Assembly: GCF_036588685.1 (NCBI RefSeq)
Contig: NC_086373.1
Location: 109,430,001-109,494,000, forward strand
Reading direction: 5' to 3'
DNA length: 64,000 nucleotides
Source of the DNA: Mytilus trossulus
Taxonomy: Eukaryota
In this document: positions 52,678 to 64,000 of the stretch, one piece after another
Layout of the letters: each line of letters starts with the position of its first letter
How positions within the stretch are numbered: the stretch's first letter is position 1
Translations under genes and position numbers: made by a program
Notes under the pieces: model-generated
The model's database searches: none
What the model was told of the DNA's origin: nothing
Seen by the model: only the letters and a program-made list of their open reading frames with translations

Positions 52678-55600
52678 TTATAATTGTGCTGTATAAATAT
52701 TGTGCCCTTGGCAGACAAGACGAGTATTAGTTCCTTTTATTGGTACCAAATCTCCTTTGGCATAAACCGTACCATCAAACAGACAGCCAACTACAACCAA
52801 TAATGTATGTATATAGTCTCATGTTCATACTGTTTTGACCAAGGAAGACTTCAAATCTTAAATTAATTAGAATATATTGACAGGGTTTTGGTAAATTAGG
52901 AGTATAAAATGATTAATTTGACTAATATGGGAAAATATCACTTTGTCTTACTCCATACAGAATATCTTAAATAAAAAAAAAGATGAATCATAGACAAATA
53001 GAGCACATCGGCAAGGTATACAATAAACTGTTGAACTCATAGCATTCTCTCTTTGCATTATTACGTCATACACAATAAGACTAGCAAAAAGAATTGTAGA
53101 CCAAGTGTCAATTTCAGTATTATTTTCTTTACCTCAGTTTGTACATAACATATGCACATTCATGCTAGAACTCTTCTGGAAATTCAGTTTCAAAGGCAGA
53201 GTCATTTGATAAAACATCTATGACGAAAACTCATCGCAATGTCAACACAGATTTTAGCCTTATTTTTTCTTAAATGTCCTGTACCAAGTGGAATATGATA
53301 GTTGTTATCAAACGATGTGTCTCTATCAGGCATTGTTTTTTGTTGCACTCATGTGTTCTGTTATGTCGATATTTCCTCTTATAGTTGATTCGTTTCCCTC
53401 GGTTTTAGTTTGTAACTCGATTTGTTTTTTTCTCAATCGATTTATGACTTTTGAACAGCGGTATACTACTGTTGCCTTTATCTATAGAGACTTATTGAAA
53501 GTGATGAAAAAGAAAATGATTGATATATACAACTATCTTATACCTTTAAAGGCAAAATGGTTAACTAACATAAATATCCATGGTACGTGTACAGGTGCAC
53601 TAGACACTTCTTAAACTTGAATCAGAAGACAAAAGAATGAACCGACAAGTTTAATGACGCTGGAACAGGTCAATTCTTTTTTTTTTAAATGTGATTAATC
53701 GTATGATTACACATACTCACTTTGACCATCTTCTGACCGTTTTGTCTGCGGGCATATGCCACTTAAATAAAATAAATGGATACAAAATGAAATAAACACA
53801 CTAAAACATATAATTAAGAAAGAAACAAAAATTAAGATGGCTTCTATCTTCATTATGAAAGGTTATTAGAAAAAGTACGCACAAAAGCAGTAGACCTAGG
53901 ATCGTAGCCTCAATCAAACTTATAGCTCCTACCTCAATTTAATACTTAGATATTTCACATTAATCAAAATCGTTGTACACATAAAAATTCAACCATTACA
54001 AAGAAAATACATTGTTAGAGTAAACCGAATAGAAAATAAGAAATATTTAAACTATGACTGTTTACTAGGCAAAAATAACTTAAAAGACGAAACAAGGTGA
54101 ACAGAATGAGTTTTTTTCTAGTATAACAATATTTGTGCAACACAATGAGAGGTGTCTAGACATCGGTTTGTTTGTCAACAAGTTTCCAATATGTTTAATA
54201 TAAAAGGCAGCTTTTACAGAAAATGTATACTTACTACAGTGATGTAATAGGTCCAAGATTATTGTTTCCCAAACATGTCATTTTACCCAAACAGGATGGT
54301 ATGATAATTTCCTCATTAGCAGCATAAACTCTGCCATCAAACAAACATCCAGCTGAAATTATCATATATACATAATGAAGGTGTGTGTGCGTTTTAGAGA
54401 GAAAAGGAGAACCTGCAAACATTTAATTAGTAAGTGCATTTTAAAATGTCGTAGAAAAAAAATGATATGGAATATTTCTCTATGACACAAAATCAGTACA
54501 TGCACAGCAAAAAACATATTTTTTTTTTCAAAAGAACAGAGCTTTTATTGCTGTTCTTCCTCTCTCTCAAAGCTATAGTGAGGTATCCAACGGGTATCAA
54601 TATTACGATCAACGGAAACACAAACACCCATTCTTGGTGACATAAGTTAGACTTTAGTTTTAATACTATGTTTGAAGCAACAAGTAGCACATTTTTCGAC
54701 ACATAGTTTTTGTGTTGTATTAATAGTAAAAGTAGAAGTACTGAAGAAACTGAGACAAAGAAAACCTACTTTGTCCATTCACTTCTCTTTCGTCTTTTAC
54801 TGGACATTTTCCACTGTAAAATAACATTTAAATCATTAAGACGGTGTTGATATCTCTTGGTCAGTATTCTTCGTTGTTTTGTCTCATGAAATCTTGTTGT
54901 TCCCAATTTTGCTGGGTTTTGTATCAATGGTTCTTTTGATCTATTTATTTTCAATATATTCATTAAAGAAAAAAAAAAGATGCAAACATTAAATCTTTTT
55001 TCTCAATATTAAGATTGAGTGTTGCTCTGAATGCATCTTTACAAACTTGAACAGCATTAAATATATTATCATTTCCAATATGTGAGATGAAGTGATTATT
55101 TTTCTCTTTTTCGTCGTTGTAAGATTTAACATGAAAAAATAAGGAAACTGCTATTTTGTAAACGTGCTCTTAACTGACGGTTAATGACTTGATTAATGTT
55201 TTAGTAACTTTCTCGAATACGTATCTTCGAAAACATCAACCATTTATTGAGGGATTATACTCAGAGATTTTTGTTAATGCTTAGGGTTGTGTTTTACCCT
55301 TGTGGTATGCATTCTTTTAAACTATATATAATATTTTCCATTGAACAGTACGCTACCAACAACAATCAACCATTTATACTATCAGTCATCGTGTTTTTTT
55401 TACAAAAATACCCAGCTGTAGCAGCTCTCAATCATATCATTTTATTTTATTTGTTTTGATTTTATACCATATCATTTCACGTTTATATATATATAACTCG
55501 TCTAAACATCAACCCAACAATGTTAGATCTGTAAGTTTGCTTTCGTAATTTTTTATTTTTTTTATATTATACAATAGATTGAGACTCTCTTATTATTTTT

Positions 55601-57321
55601 TTTTTCAACAAATGTTCACATTATTAAGTACAGATGATTATATAAAAATTATAAAAAAAAAAAATACTGACCCAAGCATTTTATACGGTCCAAAGGCATT
55701 GAATCCTAAACATTCCATTTGAGCCAAACAATTGCCAATCATGACAAATTCATTCTTGTTGTAAATTTTATTATTGTACACACATACAGCTGAAAATTGA
55801 GAAAGAAAATGCAAAAATTGCAAATCAGATAATTTTTCTGTTAACATTTTGATATATTTATATTAGTATATTTCTCTTTTTATCTATTTTAGTAAAATTA
55901 AAACATTCTGTTAAATATACGACGTTAAAAAATGCCTGAGTATTAGTATACAGAGTATATTGTTAGATACATCCATGCATTCAAATCTGACTTTCTTCTT
56001 TCGTTTTGTAAACGAATCGATATGTTTATACTTAGCGTATACTCAGTAATGTACATATTAATGGACTGATCTAATGTACCTTCCCGTAATTCCACATGTA
56101 TTATGTGCAAACACTAAGTCGATTTGGTTCAGATTGAAATGGAATAATAGAACCTCTTTTGTTTTTTTAATGCATACCAAATAGAATTGATGCACGAGAT
56201 TCTAAAAAAATGTAATTGATTTGTTTTTTGGTGATTTTTAAGCACCGCATTTAGGCTATTTCGTGGCGGATAATTTTTATTTGTGGAGAAAGCCGAATTG
56301 CCCGGAGAGAACCACCGACCTATGATAGAAAAAAACTGACAATCCTAGTCAATTGAGATTGGAGTCGAGTGCACCTGAACGAGCGGTGTTCGAACTCACA
56401 ACCTCAGTCTTTACAGCATAACTATTTAGACCACTCGCCCACCGAGGCCCCTGAAACAATGTATAAATTATAATTTAGACAGGTTCCAAAGTCACTATTT
56501 AAATGGTAAGTTGTAGTTTCATTTCAGACCGTTAGTTGTACTACAAATCATATTCAAAGATGAATTGGAATTGGAAACCCAAATTACGAATTACGATGTC
56601 AACATGTTTTAAATGAAGAAATGCAATTTTGATCTCATTTTTTCAAATTTGAAAAAAAACTTACTTTTTTCAGTCGATCGTTTCGTTGAAGGACATACGC
56701 CTCTAAAAAATAAGAAATAGAGGAATATTTCATTGTACAAATAAAGTTTAATAAGTGGTGTCAATCAATTCATATTCGTTGTCGTGAATAGAAATAAAGG
56801 CTTCATAAATTGTCTAAAAAATAAAATAGATAAAAGATAAAAACATATTATTAAGTGTTTTGATTATTTATATTTGGAAATCGACCATATGTTCCTAAAA
56901 TACCTAAATCATGATTATATCGTTAGCTTTAAAAAAAAATATATATATTTGAAGAACAGGTTATAATACCCATATTGTTCCAGGCTTGAGTATACGTTGT
57001 TGCCCATACATGTCATTGCACCCAGACAGTTACTGATAATTATTTTATCTCCAGTGGCGTACATTGTACCATCGAATAAACATCCTGAAATAAATATTTG
57101 GTTAAAGTTCCTTTTGCTTCACACATATCAAATCGATTAAAATAAATACTGATCGAAATGAGGGAATTGTTTTTATAATTTGTTTGTGATGTTGATAATT
57201 ATTCTTTTAACCGTTATATAATATAGTTTTCGTACATGCTACATATGTATTCTTTATTATACTTGCCTTCATCTATAGGAACAGCAGCAACAATGGTAAA
57301 AGTAAGGAGTAAAGCAAACAT
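52678..57321 (-). CDS. Uncharacterised secreted Cys-rich four-module precursor, 8 coding exons, 213 aa
   Basis: Exons (minus): 57321-57267, 57084-56970, 56702-56665, 55789-55672, 54813-54770, 54352-54235, 53761-53721, 52790-52678 (642 nt, phases 1,2,1,2,1,2,1). Protein: MFALLLTFTIVAAVPIDEGCLFDGTMYATGDKIIISNCLGAMTCMGNNVYSSLEQYGGVCPSTKRSTEKTVCVYNNKIYNKNEFVMIGNCLAQMECLGFNAFGPYKMLGGKCPVKDEREVNGQTGCLFDGRVYAANEEIIIPSCLGKMTCLGNNNLGPITSLYGICPQTKRSEDGQIGCLFDGTVYAKGDLVPIKGTNTRLVCQGHNIYTAQL*. A non-coding last exon starts at 52458 and has AATAAA at 52400-52395. Confidence 0.85.
56228..56451 (-). mobile_element. tRNA-derived SINE with V-domain-like core, in intron 3 of the Cys-rich gene
   Basis: Head GGGGCCTCGGTGGGCGAGTGGTCTAA (A box) and GAGTTCGAAC (B box), core GGTCGGTGGTTCTCTCCGGGCAATTCGGCTTTCTCCAC. 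An older copy lies at about 20460-20700. Confidence 0.7.
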
Positions 57322-57338
57322 GGTTGTGTGCTGGGTTA

Positions 57339-57373
57339 GATCACTAATGAAACATAGTTAATTCCTTTATATA
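57339..57373 (-). promoter_or_regulatory. TATA-box core promoter of the Cys-rich precursor gene
   Basis: TATATAAA at 57373-57366, an initiator-like TTAGT about 25-30 nt downstream, and a Kozak-like ACAACCATG at 57321. Confidence 0.65.
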
Positions 57374-57559
57374 TTGTCCGAGTTCACATTGTTATCAATT
57401 CCATTAGGAAACACAAGTGAAAGGTCATGCTGTATGTTAGAGATAAGTTATAATAGGTTGTACATATACATGACCTTTATCGAGAATCAAACCAAATCTG
57501 AAAATGAATTCCTATATCATCAATATCAATTTGAGGTTCTGAATGTTGATGTTGATAAA

Positions 57560-57777
57560 ATTTGATGAGACTGTTATTAAAGTGAGAGGGTTAGCGCTAT
57601 AGAACCAGGTTTAATCCACCATTTTCTACATTTGAAAATGTCTGTACCAAGTCAGGAATATGACAGTTCTTGTCCATTCGTTTTTGATGCGTTTTGTTTT
57701 TTGATTTTGCCATGTGATTATGGACTTTCCAAATTGATTTTCCTCTGAGTTCAGTATTTTTGTGATTTTACTTTTTT
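57560..57777 (+). repeat. Abundant interspersed repeat, family C (CCACCATTTTCTACA...TTTTTGTGATTTTACTTT)
   Basis: Copies at about 42385-42555, 42815-43040, 50627-50762, 50788-50960 (-), 51070-51260 (-), 58085-58390 and 63135-63600 (-). Confidence 0.8.
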
Positions 57778-60289
57778 GAATGACATTTATGACAGCACAA
57801 CCTTACTGTAAAATCACTAAAAATGAGGATAAATCACTCAATACTTGCGTCTGAATATAAAATATAAAAATATTCCGAACACATACTTGCATCTAGACGC
57901 CTCAAAATTAGAATAAGGAATTTGAGGAAAACAATAAACAAAAAAGTACTAAAAAAAATAAGAAGCAAAGCCTGTCAGTTATTGATATGATTATCATCTT
58001 TTATATCTGTTTGTTTTGTTCACGCATCGTTGTCAATATAATGGTATTTAAAGCGACTGTCATACCAAACAACTGTTACAAAAAAAAAGTAAAATCACAA
58101 AAAAAATTAACCTCGAAGAAAATTCAAAACGGAAAGTCCCTTATTAAATGTCAAAATCAAATGATAAAACACACCAAACGAAAGTGACAACAACTTTCAT
58201 ATTCTTACAAGTGAGAGGTTTAGCTAGCTATAAAACCAGATTCAATCCACCATTTTCTACATAAGAAAATAACTGTAATGTCAGGAATATGATAGTTGTT
58301 ATCAATTCTTTTGATGTGTTTGAACTTTTGCGTTTGCCATTTGATAAGGGACTTTTTGTTTTCATTTCCCTCGGAATTCAGTATTTTTACGAATTTCACT
58401 ATATATGATAAGATGCGTGATATTTAAAAAAGATTTTACATATGTCTATAGTTTCACTTGAGGGTTGTATTCTTTTTTAATTTTTTTTTAATTTGTTTTC
58501 CATGGGGCTTAGCCTGAAGTGCAGTAAAGAATAAACCTAAATATAAAAAAATATAGAAATTGGTAAAGTCTTTTCTATTTCCTATTGACTACAATCAATA
58601 GGTTGACTGAATTATTTTGTCATGCGAATCATTTATTTTTTGAATGTTAGAAAGTTTATTATGAATAAATAGATATACGGGATAAACGTAAATGAAACGA
58701 CAAACCAAGTATACAAACAACGAATCTACAGGTCAACAAACAATAGATTATAGATGAATATAAAATAAGAATATTAAAATGAAACCTTCCGAAAAACTTT
58801 TAAAATACAGAGACTAGCAAAGCTGTGTCATCAACACCAAACTCTTCCAATATTAAAAAAACCAAACAAATAAAACACACCGATAAGATATAATACCATT
58901 ATCAAAAAGTACTTATAAATTACAAACTAAAACAGAAACAATACATTGTCAAATATTAAACGGAAGATGTGGTATTATTACCAATGAGACAACTCTCCTT
59001 TTACAGTCAACTAAACATAAAAAATTATAGTATGCATGGGGCATCTGTGGACGGTTGACGCAATCATGTTCTTGCTTACGTTAATAGTGAGATTTGGATT
59101 TCCCATGATGTCTCCAACCAAAAACAGAGAATGACTTGTGTTTTGCTTGTATAGTGTTTTAACACCAGTGCAAGGCTGTAGTATATCATCTCAAAGTTGA
59201 AGTGGAGTGAGGTGCACAATGTATGCATTTTCACAGGTTCTGACTAAATTTACACTTAAGACTTGCATAATTTTACCACACAACTGTTATTTACAACCTC
59301 TTGAGAGTTGAGAAAGTCTTAATCTTTACTGACATGGTCACCTTCACAACCCCCTTTTGTTTAAGATATGCTTTTTGAAAGGATACTGGAGTAAATCTTT
59401 GAATGTAGAAGCTATAAAATACACATATTTTGGGGGATTTTTTTTTGCTAAGGGTCATATAAATGGTTACTTTGGTAGCCACAATCTTAAATTGACATTT
59501 ATCCCTTCAAAAAGAGTTCAATTGATATTTAGATCAAATTGAACTAAGTTTTCTTCATTTTTACCTTAAAATTTGCAAATTTCAAACTTTTTGATTTTTT
59601 TTTTAGATATTTTCATTCACTGCCATTTTTTTTTAGAGATTTTTTTATATTGTGGACTTTATGCTTTATGCATTATATATGCATTATTTTAACAAATTCT
59701 GTTGGTGCATTTTTCCACAGTCTATTATTAAAATTGGTAAAAAGTACAATTTTGCAGAAATAAAAAAAAAGTCAAATCAAGGTTTTTGGCAGCTTAAAAA
59801 ACTGTGGTAAGCTTTTTTATTTATGTTATGTATTGTTATTATATGCTTAGATCTTTGTCTTCGTAATGACAAATAAAGAATATGGTAACCATGGCAACCA
59901 CAACTCTGTGTATCAATATTATACCAAATTTCAAACAAGGGTGAAATTTTAGGTCCTCACATTCCAACCCTATATCAGAAGTTTTGATGCTTACAGAGAA
60001 TGGCTCTTAAGAGACCAAAATAACACAGAAATTAACAGGTTAAGGTGACCATACGGTCTTCTACAAGGAGAGAAGCACATACCGGATTGTCAGGCTTTGA
60101 AATCACTCTTGAAAGCTTTAGTGAGTAATTTGTTCTCGTCTTAAATATGCATGAGATATATTTTACTGTGCATTAATCAAACAATAATTTCATATTTTAT
60201 CAGATCAAGAGCAAGATCAAGTTCACAACCAATCAATCAACCAACCAAAACAATGTCAATAATATGGTCATTACTATAAATTAATTGTT

Positions 60290-60545
60290 GACAAAACTTT
60301 CTTTTTTTGAAATACCAAGGCTTTTCCTTCTCAGGAATAGATAGCCTAAGCTGTAAGATCAAGTTCACAACTAATCAATCAACCAATCAAAACAATGGTC
60401 TTCTATGCTCTTCAACTTCCTACTTTATTTGACCCTTTTCAATGCTTTTTTATTCGAGCGTCACTGGTGAGTCTTTTGTGGACGAAACGTGCAACTGGCA
60501 CAAATACAATTTTTTAATTCTGGTATCAATGATAGGCATATTTAC
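60290..60545 (+). mobile_element. Decayed retrozyme copy with mutated hammerhead (60459-60500)
   Basis: CGTCA CTGGTGA GTC ttttgtg GAC GAAAC, preceded by the same ATGCTCTTCAACTTC body seen at 44568. Confidence 0.7.
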
Positions 60546-60772
60546 AAACTTTTGAACAAGTGTATACCTATATAAAATATTTTAATCTGTTTCATTCACC
60601 AGAGCCGAAACAGTATCATATGCTATTTGTTCATATATACATATTTCGGCTTTCTAAGTATTAGACACCACTGATCTGTTACCTACTTTCTACTTCTGCA
60701 ATCCGTAAATGTAAACAGAATCAAATAACACGATTTATTAAAATTTAAGATAATACAGATTTTATTGTTTAA

Positions 60773-60934
60773 GAAATAATTCCTTCATGTCATGCTCTAT
60801 GCTCATTTTAACATGGGTAGGCATTATATTTGTCGATATTTTACACTGAGCGTTAGCAAGGTGTAAAATGTTGTCAAATATAATACATACCCATGTTAAA
60901 ATGAGCATAGAACTTGACATGAAGGAATTATTTC
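60773..60934. mobile_element. Palindromic foldback element (Crypton-like non-autonomous)
   Basis: About 75-bp arms GAAATAATTCCTTCATGTCA...TTTTACAC and GTGTAAAA...TGACATGAAGGAATTATTTC around a GAGCGTTAGCAAG centre. The Crypton assignment is from recall of similar bivalve elements. Confidence 0.6.
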
Positions 60935-63196
60935 GATTCTAATATGACAAATACAGTATATTTATAGATGGAAGCGTACGTAAATACCGTAAGAATGTTT
61001 GGCTGTTCCCGTGTCCTCCCCGAGGAGTCTGTATATTACATTTCATATTTGTTAAGTTTAAAATCTACGAGCAGGGCAAATATATGTTGTTTGATAAAAA
61101 TATATAATAAAAGTTTATGTTAGCTGCTTAAATGTAAATATTTAAAAGTATAACGATGGAAATAACGTTAATATAAACAGTAAGTCCGTGCGCATGTGTC
61201 AAACATATTTTCGTGTTCATTAGAACACTGCTTTGTTAACAAAGCGTAATAAGGACGTCATATTAGAGTTGCATATATTTGTTAATACAATCGAAATATA
61301 AAATACAACAGAAACAACAAGCTTTCTGAAGCTGGTATGTCAGTAACAGCTAGTAGCTTGTTGTTATTTATGTATCATTGCAGTTTTGTTTATTTTCTTT
61401 CATTTCATATTCTGCCATCGGAATCGGACTTCTCTAAAACTGAGTTTTCCTGTGCATATTTTTGTGAGTTTTTTTTTTTCTACATTGGCTAGAGGTGAAC
61501 GGGAGGGATGGGATCTCAAAAAACATGTTTACCCCCTCTGCAATTTTGCGCCTGTCCCAAGTCAGGAGCCTCTGCCTTTGTTAGTCTTGTATGATTTCTA
61601 ATTTTAGTTTCTTGTGTAAACTCGGAGTTTAGCATGACATTCATTATCACTGAACAAGTATAAATATTTGTTTAGGGGTCGGATGAAGGACGCCTCCGGT
61701 GCGGGAGTTTCTCGCTACATTGAAGACCAATTTCTGAACTTCAGCTGTTGTCTGCTTGACACATATCCCATTTATTTCCATTCTCAATTTTATTAGTAAG
61801 TAAGTAAGTTTTCATTTATTTAATTACGACAAAATGAATATAATTCGATTTTGCTGTATCATTTATGAATTTGAATGACACAATGCTCCACCAACACATG
61901 TTTATCGAGTAGTATACATATACTTTAAGGAATGTATAAGTAGTAATTGTATGCTGCTTCCAGGATTAATACTGAGCGAAGGCTCTTAATTGGTACACAT
62001 CAGTTGAGACCATCCTTTAAAAGATTTATGGAGGGTTTATTAATTGAATGACTTTTATTAAAGTGTAGCCTCTCATTCTAGCTAAATAATTGTATATCAT
62101 CAACAGTTAACCAAACTGTTGTGAAATGACGTTCGTTCAAATATGTTTTAACTGTAATCGATATAATATAGTATTCAGCAAATGGACCAATCTTCCATGC
62201 AGACACTTCAAGATAGATATCAACTGACGAAAAGCGGTTGTTTATTCGATGTTTAGAATACGATTTATAAATTGTATTTGAAGAGGTTAGATTAAAAAAC
62301 GTTTACCTCTTATTTTAAACTTCATTTAGGTTTTAGCAAAATTTAACATGAACATATTAACCACAAAATACAGTAAAGATATGTTAAGTACAAAATAGAC
62401 GACAAATCAGCCATAGATACAACAATATGACGAAAAGACCAACACCAGTTTAACAAACACTACACAGAAATCTACGGATTGATCGGCACCAAACGTAACA
62501 AAATACCGCGGAAGGGGATTGGTCACAAGTGCTCCAGAAGGGTGAGCAGAACCCTCTCTACAACTGGTGGCACCAGTTTTGCTGTTGATGAGTAGGAACA
62601 CAGTGAAACGTCTCATTCAATTATATCACAATCAAAGATGGAATTGTCTTCATAACAATTGGAATACATCTATTGTCATATGTAGCACAGATATTCAAAA
62701 AGTTTTAACCAAATAATGATGACGTCTGTAACACTTCTGTCTAAGGGAGAACTTTAACTTTACCGTTTGGAACCTTTAAAAAATGATCACTGAGCTGGGA
62801 CATGAATGAAATAATCATATAAAAACAATCTACTGTTTTGTTGTTTTTGCAGCTATTGTCTATTGTTGCATTTATAAATAAAAACAAAGTTTTATATAAA
62901 TGACTTTTCTTTACAATGAATCTGGCAACTGACCACCGGTTGTGATGTAGGCTTTAGAGGAAAATATTCTGAAAAACAAAAACAAACACATAAATTACAT
63001 ATTCAAACTTCAATATTGCCTATCCAGTCTTTAAACTTTGTTATTTTTATTGATGTCCCATCTTTGAATAAAAATATTATTCAGATAGATGGATACATTA
63101 ATGAAAATGACTTTTTGAAATGTATAAATACAAAGTAAAATTACAAAAATACTGAACTTCAATGTAAATTCAACACGGAACGTCCCTTATCATGTG

Positions 63197-63471
63197 ACCT
63201 ACCGAATGTGACCTACCGAATTCGACTATTTAGCGAATTTGTTATCACATAAGCAAAACGAAGGGTGCCACACGTGGAGCAGGATCTACTTACCCTTCAG
63301 GAGCACCTGAGATCACCCCTAGTTTTTGGTGGGGTTCGTGTTGTTTATTCTTTATTTTCATGTGTACCATTCTTTGTCTGCTTGTCTTTTTCATTTTTAG
63401 CCATGGCGTTGTCAGTTTATTTTCGATTTATTAGTTTGACTGTCCCTTTGGTATCTTTCGTCCCTCTTTTA
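63197..63471 (+). repeat. Abundant interspersed repeat, family B (GGAGCAGGATCT...GAGCACCTGAG core)
   Basis: Reverse-oriented copies at about 8105-8460 and 62430-62580. This copy is inserted into a family C copy (63135-63600). Confidence 0.75.
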
Positions 63472-63627
63472 TCAAATGGCAGAATAAAATGCTCAAACAC
63501 ATTAAATGACTGGAATATAATTGTCCTATATTTTACTTGATAAAGGCATTTCCTTTTTTTTTTTAGAAAATTGTGAATTGAATCTGGATTTATAGTTTTA
63601 TATTATGATGAGCCCCTTACCTCTACT

Positions 63628-63740
63628 TTATAATTGTTCGGTATAGATGTTGTTTCCTTGGCACACCACGCGAGCATTAGTTCCTTTTATAGGTATCACA
63701 TCTCCTTTGGCATATACTGTACCATCAAATAGACATCCAC
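63628..63740 (-). CDS. Last coding exon of a tandem paralog of the Cys-rich precursor gene (rest of gene lies beyond the window)
   Basis: ttgtag|GT then GCLFDGTVYAKGDVIPIKGTNARVVCQGNNIYTEQL*, identical to exon 52790-52678 at 30 of 36 aa. It has the same donor 7 nt after the stop and a homologous 3' UTR exon starting at 62968. Confidence 0.85.
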
Positions 63741-64000
63741 CTACAATTAGAAATGACTTGTAAAAAGTCTCATTTTCATATTGATTTGATCAGTTTATTA
63801 CTTAAAATCTTTATGGTTTATGGATTATCACATATGTAAGGGATATAAAAAGATCAAATTATTTATAAGCTAGCTGAAGAAAGTAAGACTCTTTCTTACT
63901 TCGTACAGAATTATCGTTTGAATATGAAGTTAAACTTGTAGAAAATTAAAAACTGCATTCAATTACTCCAATATTAGAACCATGAAACAATAGGTCAATT

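Noticed and set aside
56380-56451. Possible tRNA gene
   Set aside because: A and B boxes are present but continue into a SINE body, with no cloverleaf or terminator.
63265-63540. 91-aa ORF MPHVEQDLLTLQEHLRSP
   Set aside because: Lies within repeat families B and C; a repeat-derived spurious ORF.

Overview
AT-rich, intron-rich eukaryotic DNA. The repeat content (type I hammerhead retrozymes, HINE/pearl-like elements, V-domain tRNA SINEs) and a RING-less B-box/NHL TRIM gene point to a bivalve, probably Mytilus (inference). I reconstructed five genes by reading splice sites and phases, most of them missed by the ORF track: (1) a 3-exon STMND1-like gene (+, 9416-11477); (2) a syntaxin-7/12 gene with 10 coding exons (-, 36124-21887); (3) a RING-less TRIM/NHL gene (+, 46296-48041); (4) an 8-coding-exon gene I cannot assign to a family (-, 57321-52678); (5) the 3' end of a tandem paralog of gene 4 (-, 63740-63628). 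Gene 4 encodes a 213-aa secreted precursor of four ~45-aa Cys-rich modules joined by KR-type linkers and is the best candidate for an undescribed system. Non-coding content includes two satellites, nested PIF/Harbinger elements with CWG target duplications, nested TA-TSD MITEs, a truncated LINE with an 11-bp TSD, several foldback elements and five hammerhead motifs, one of them intact. All coordinates were counted by hand and no searches were run.
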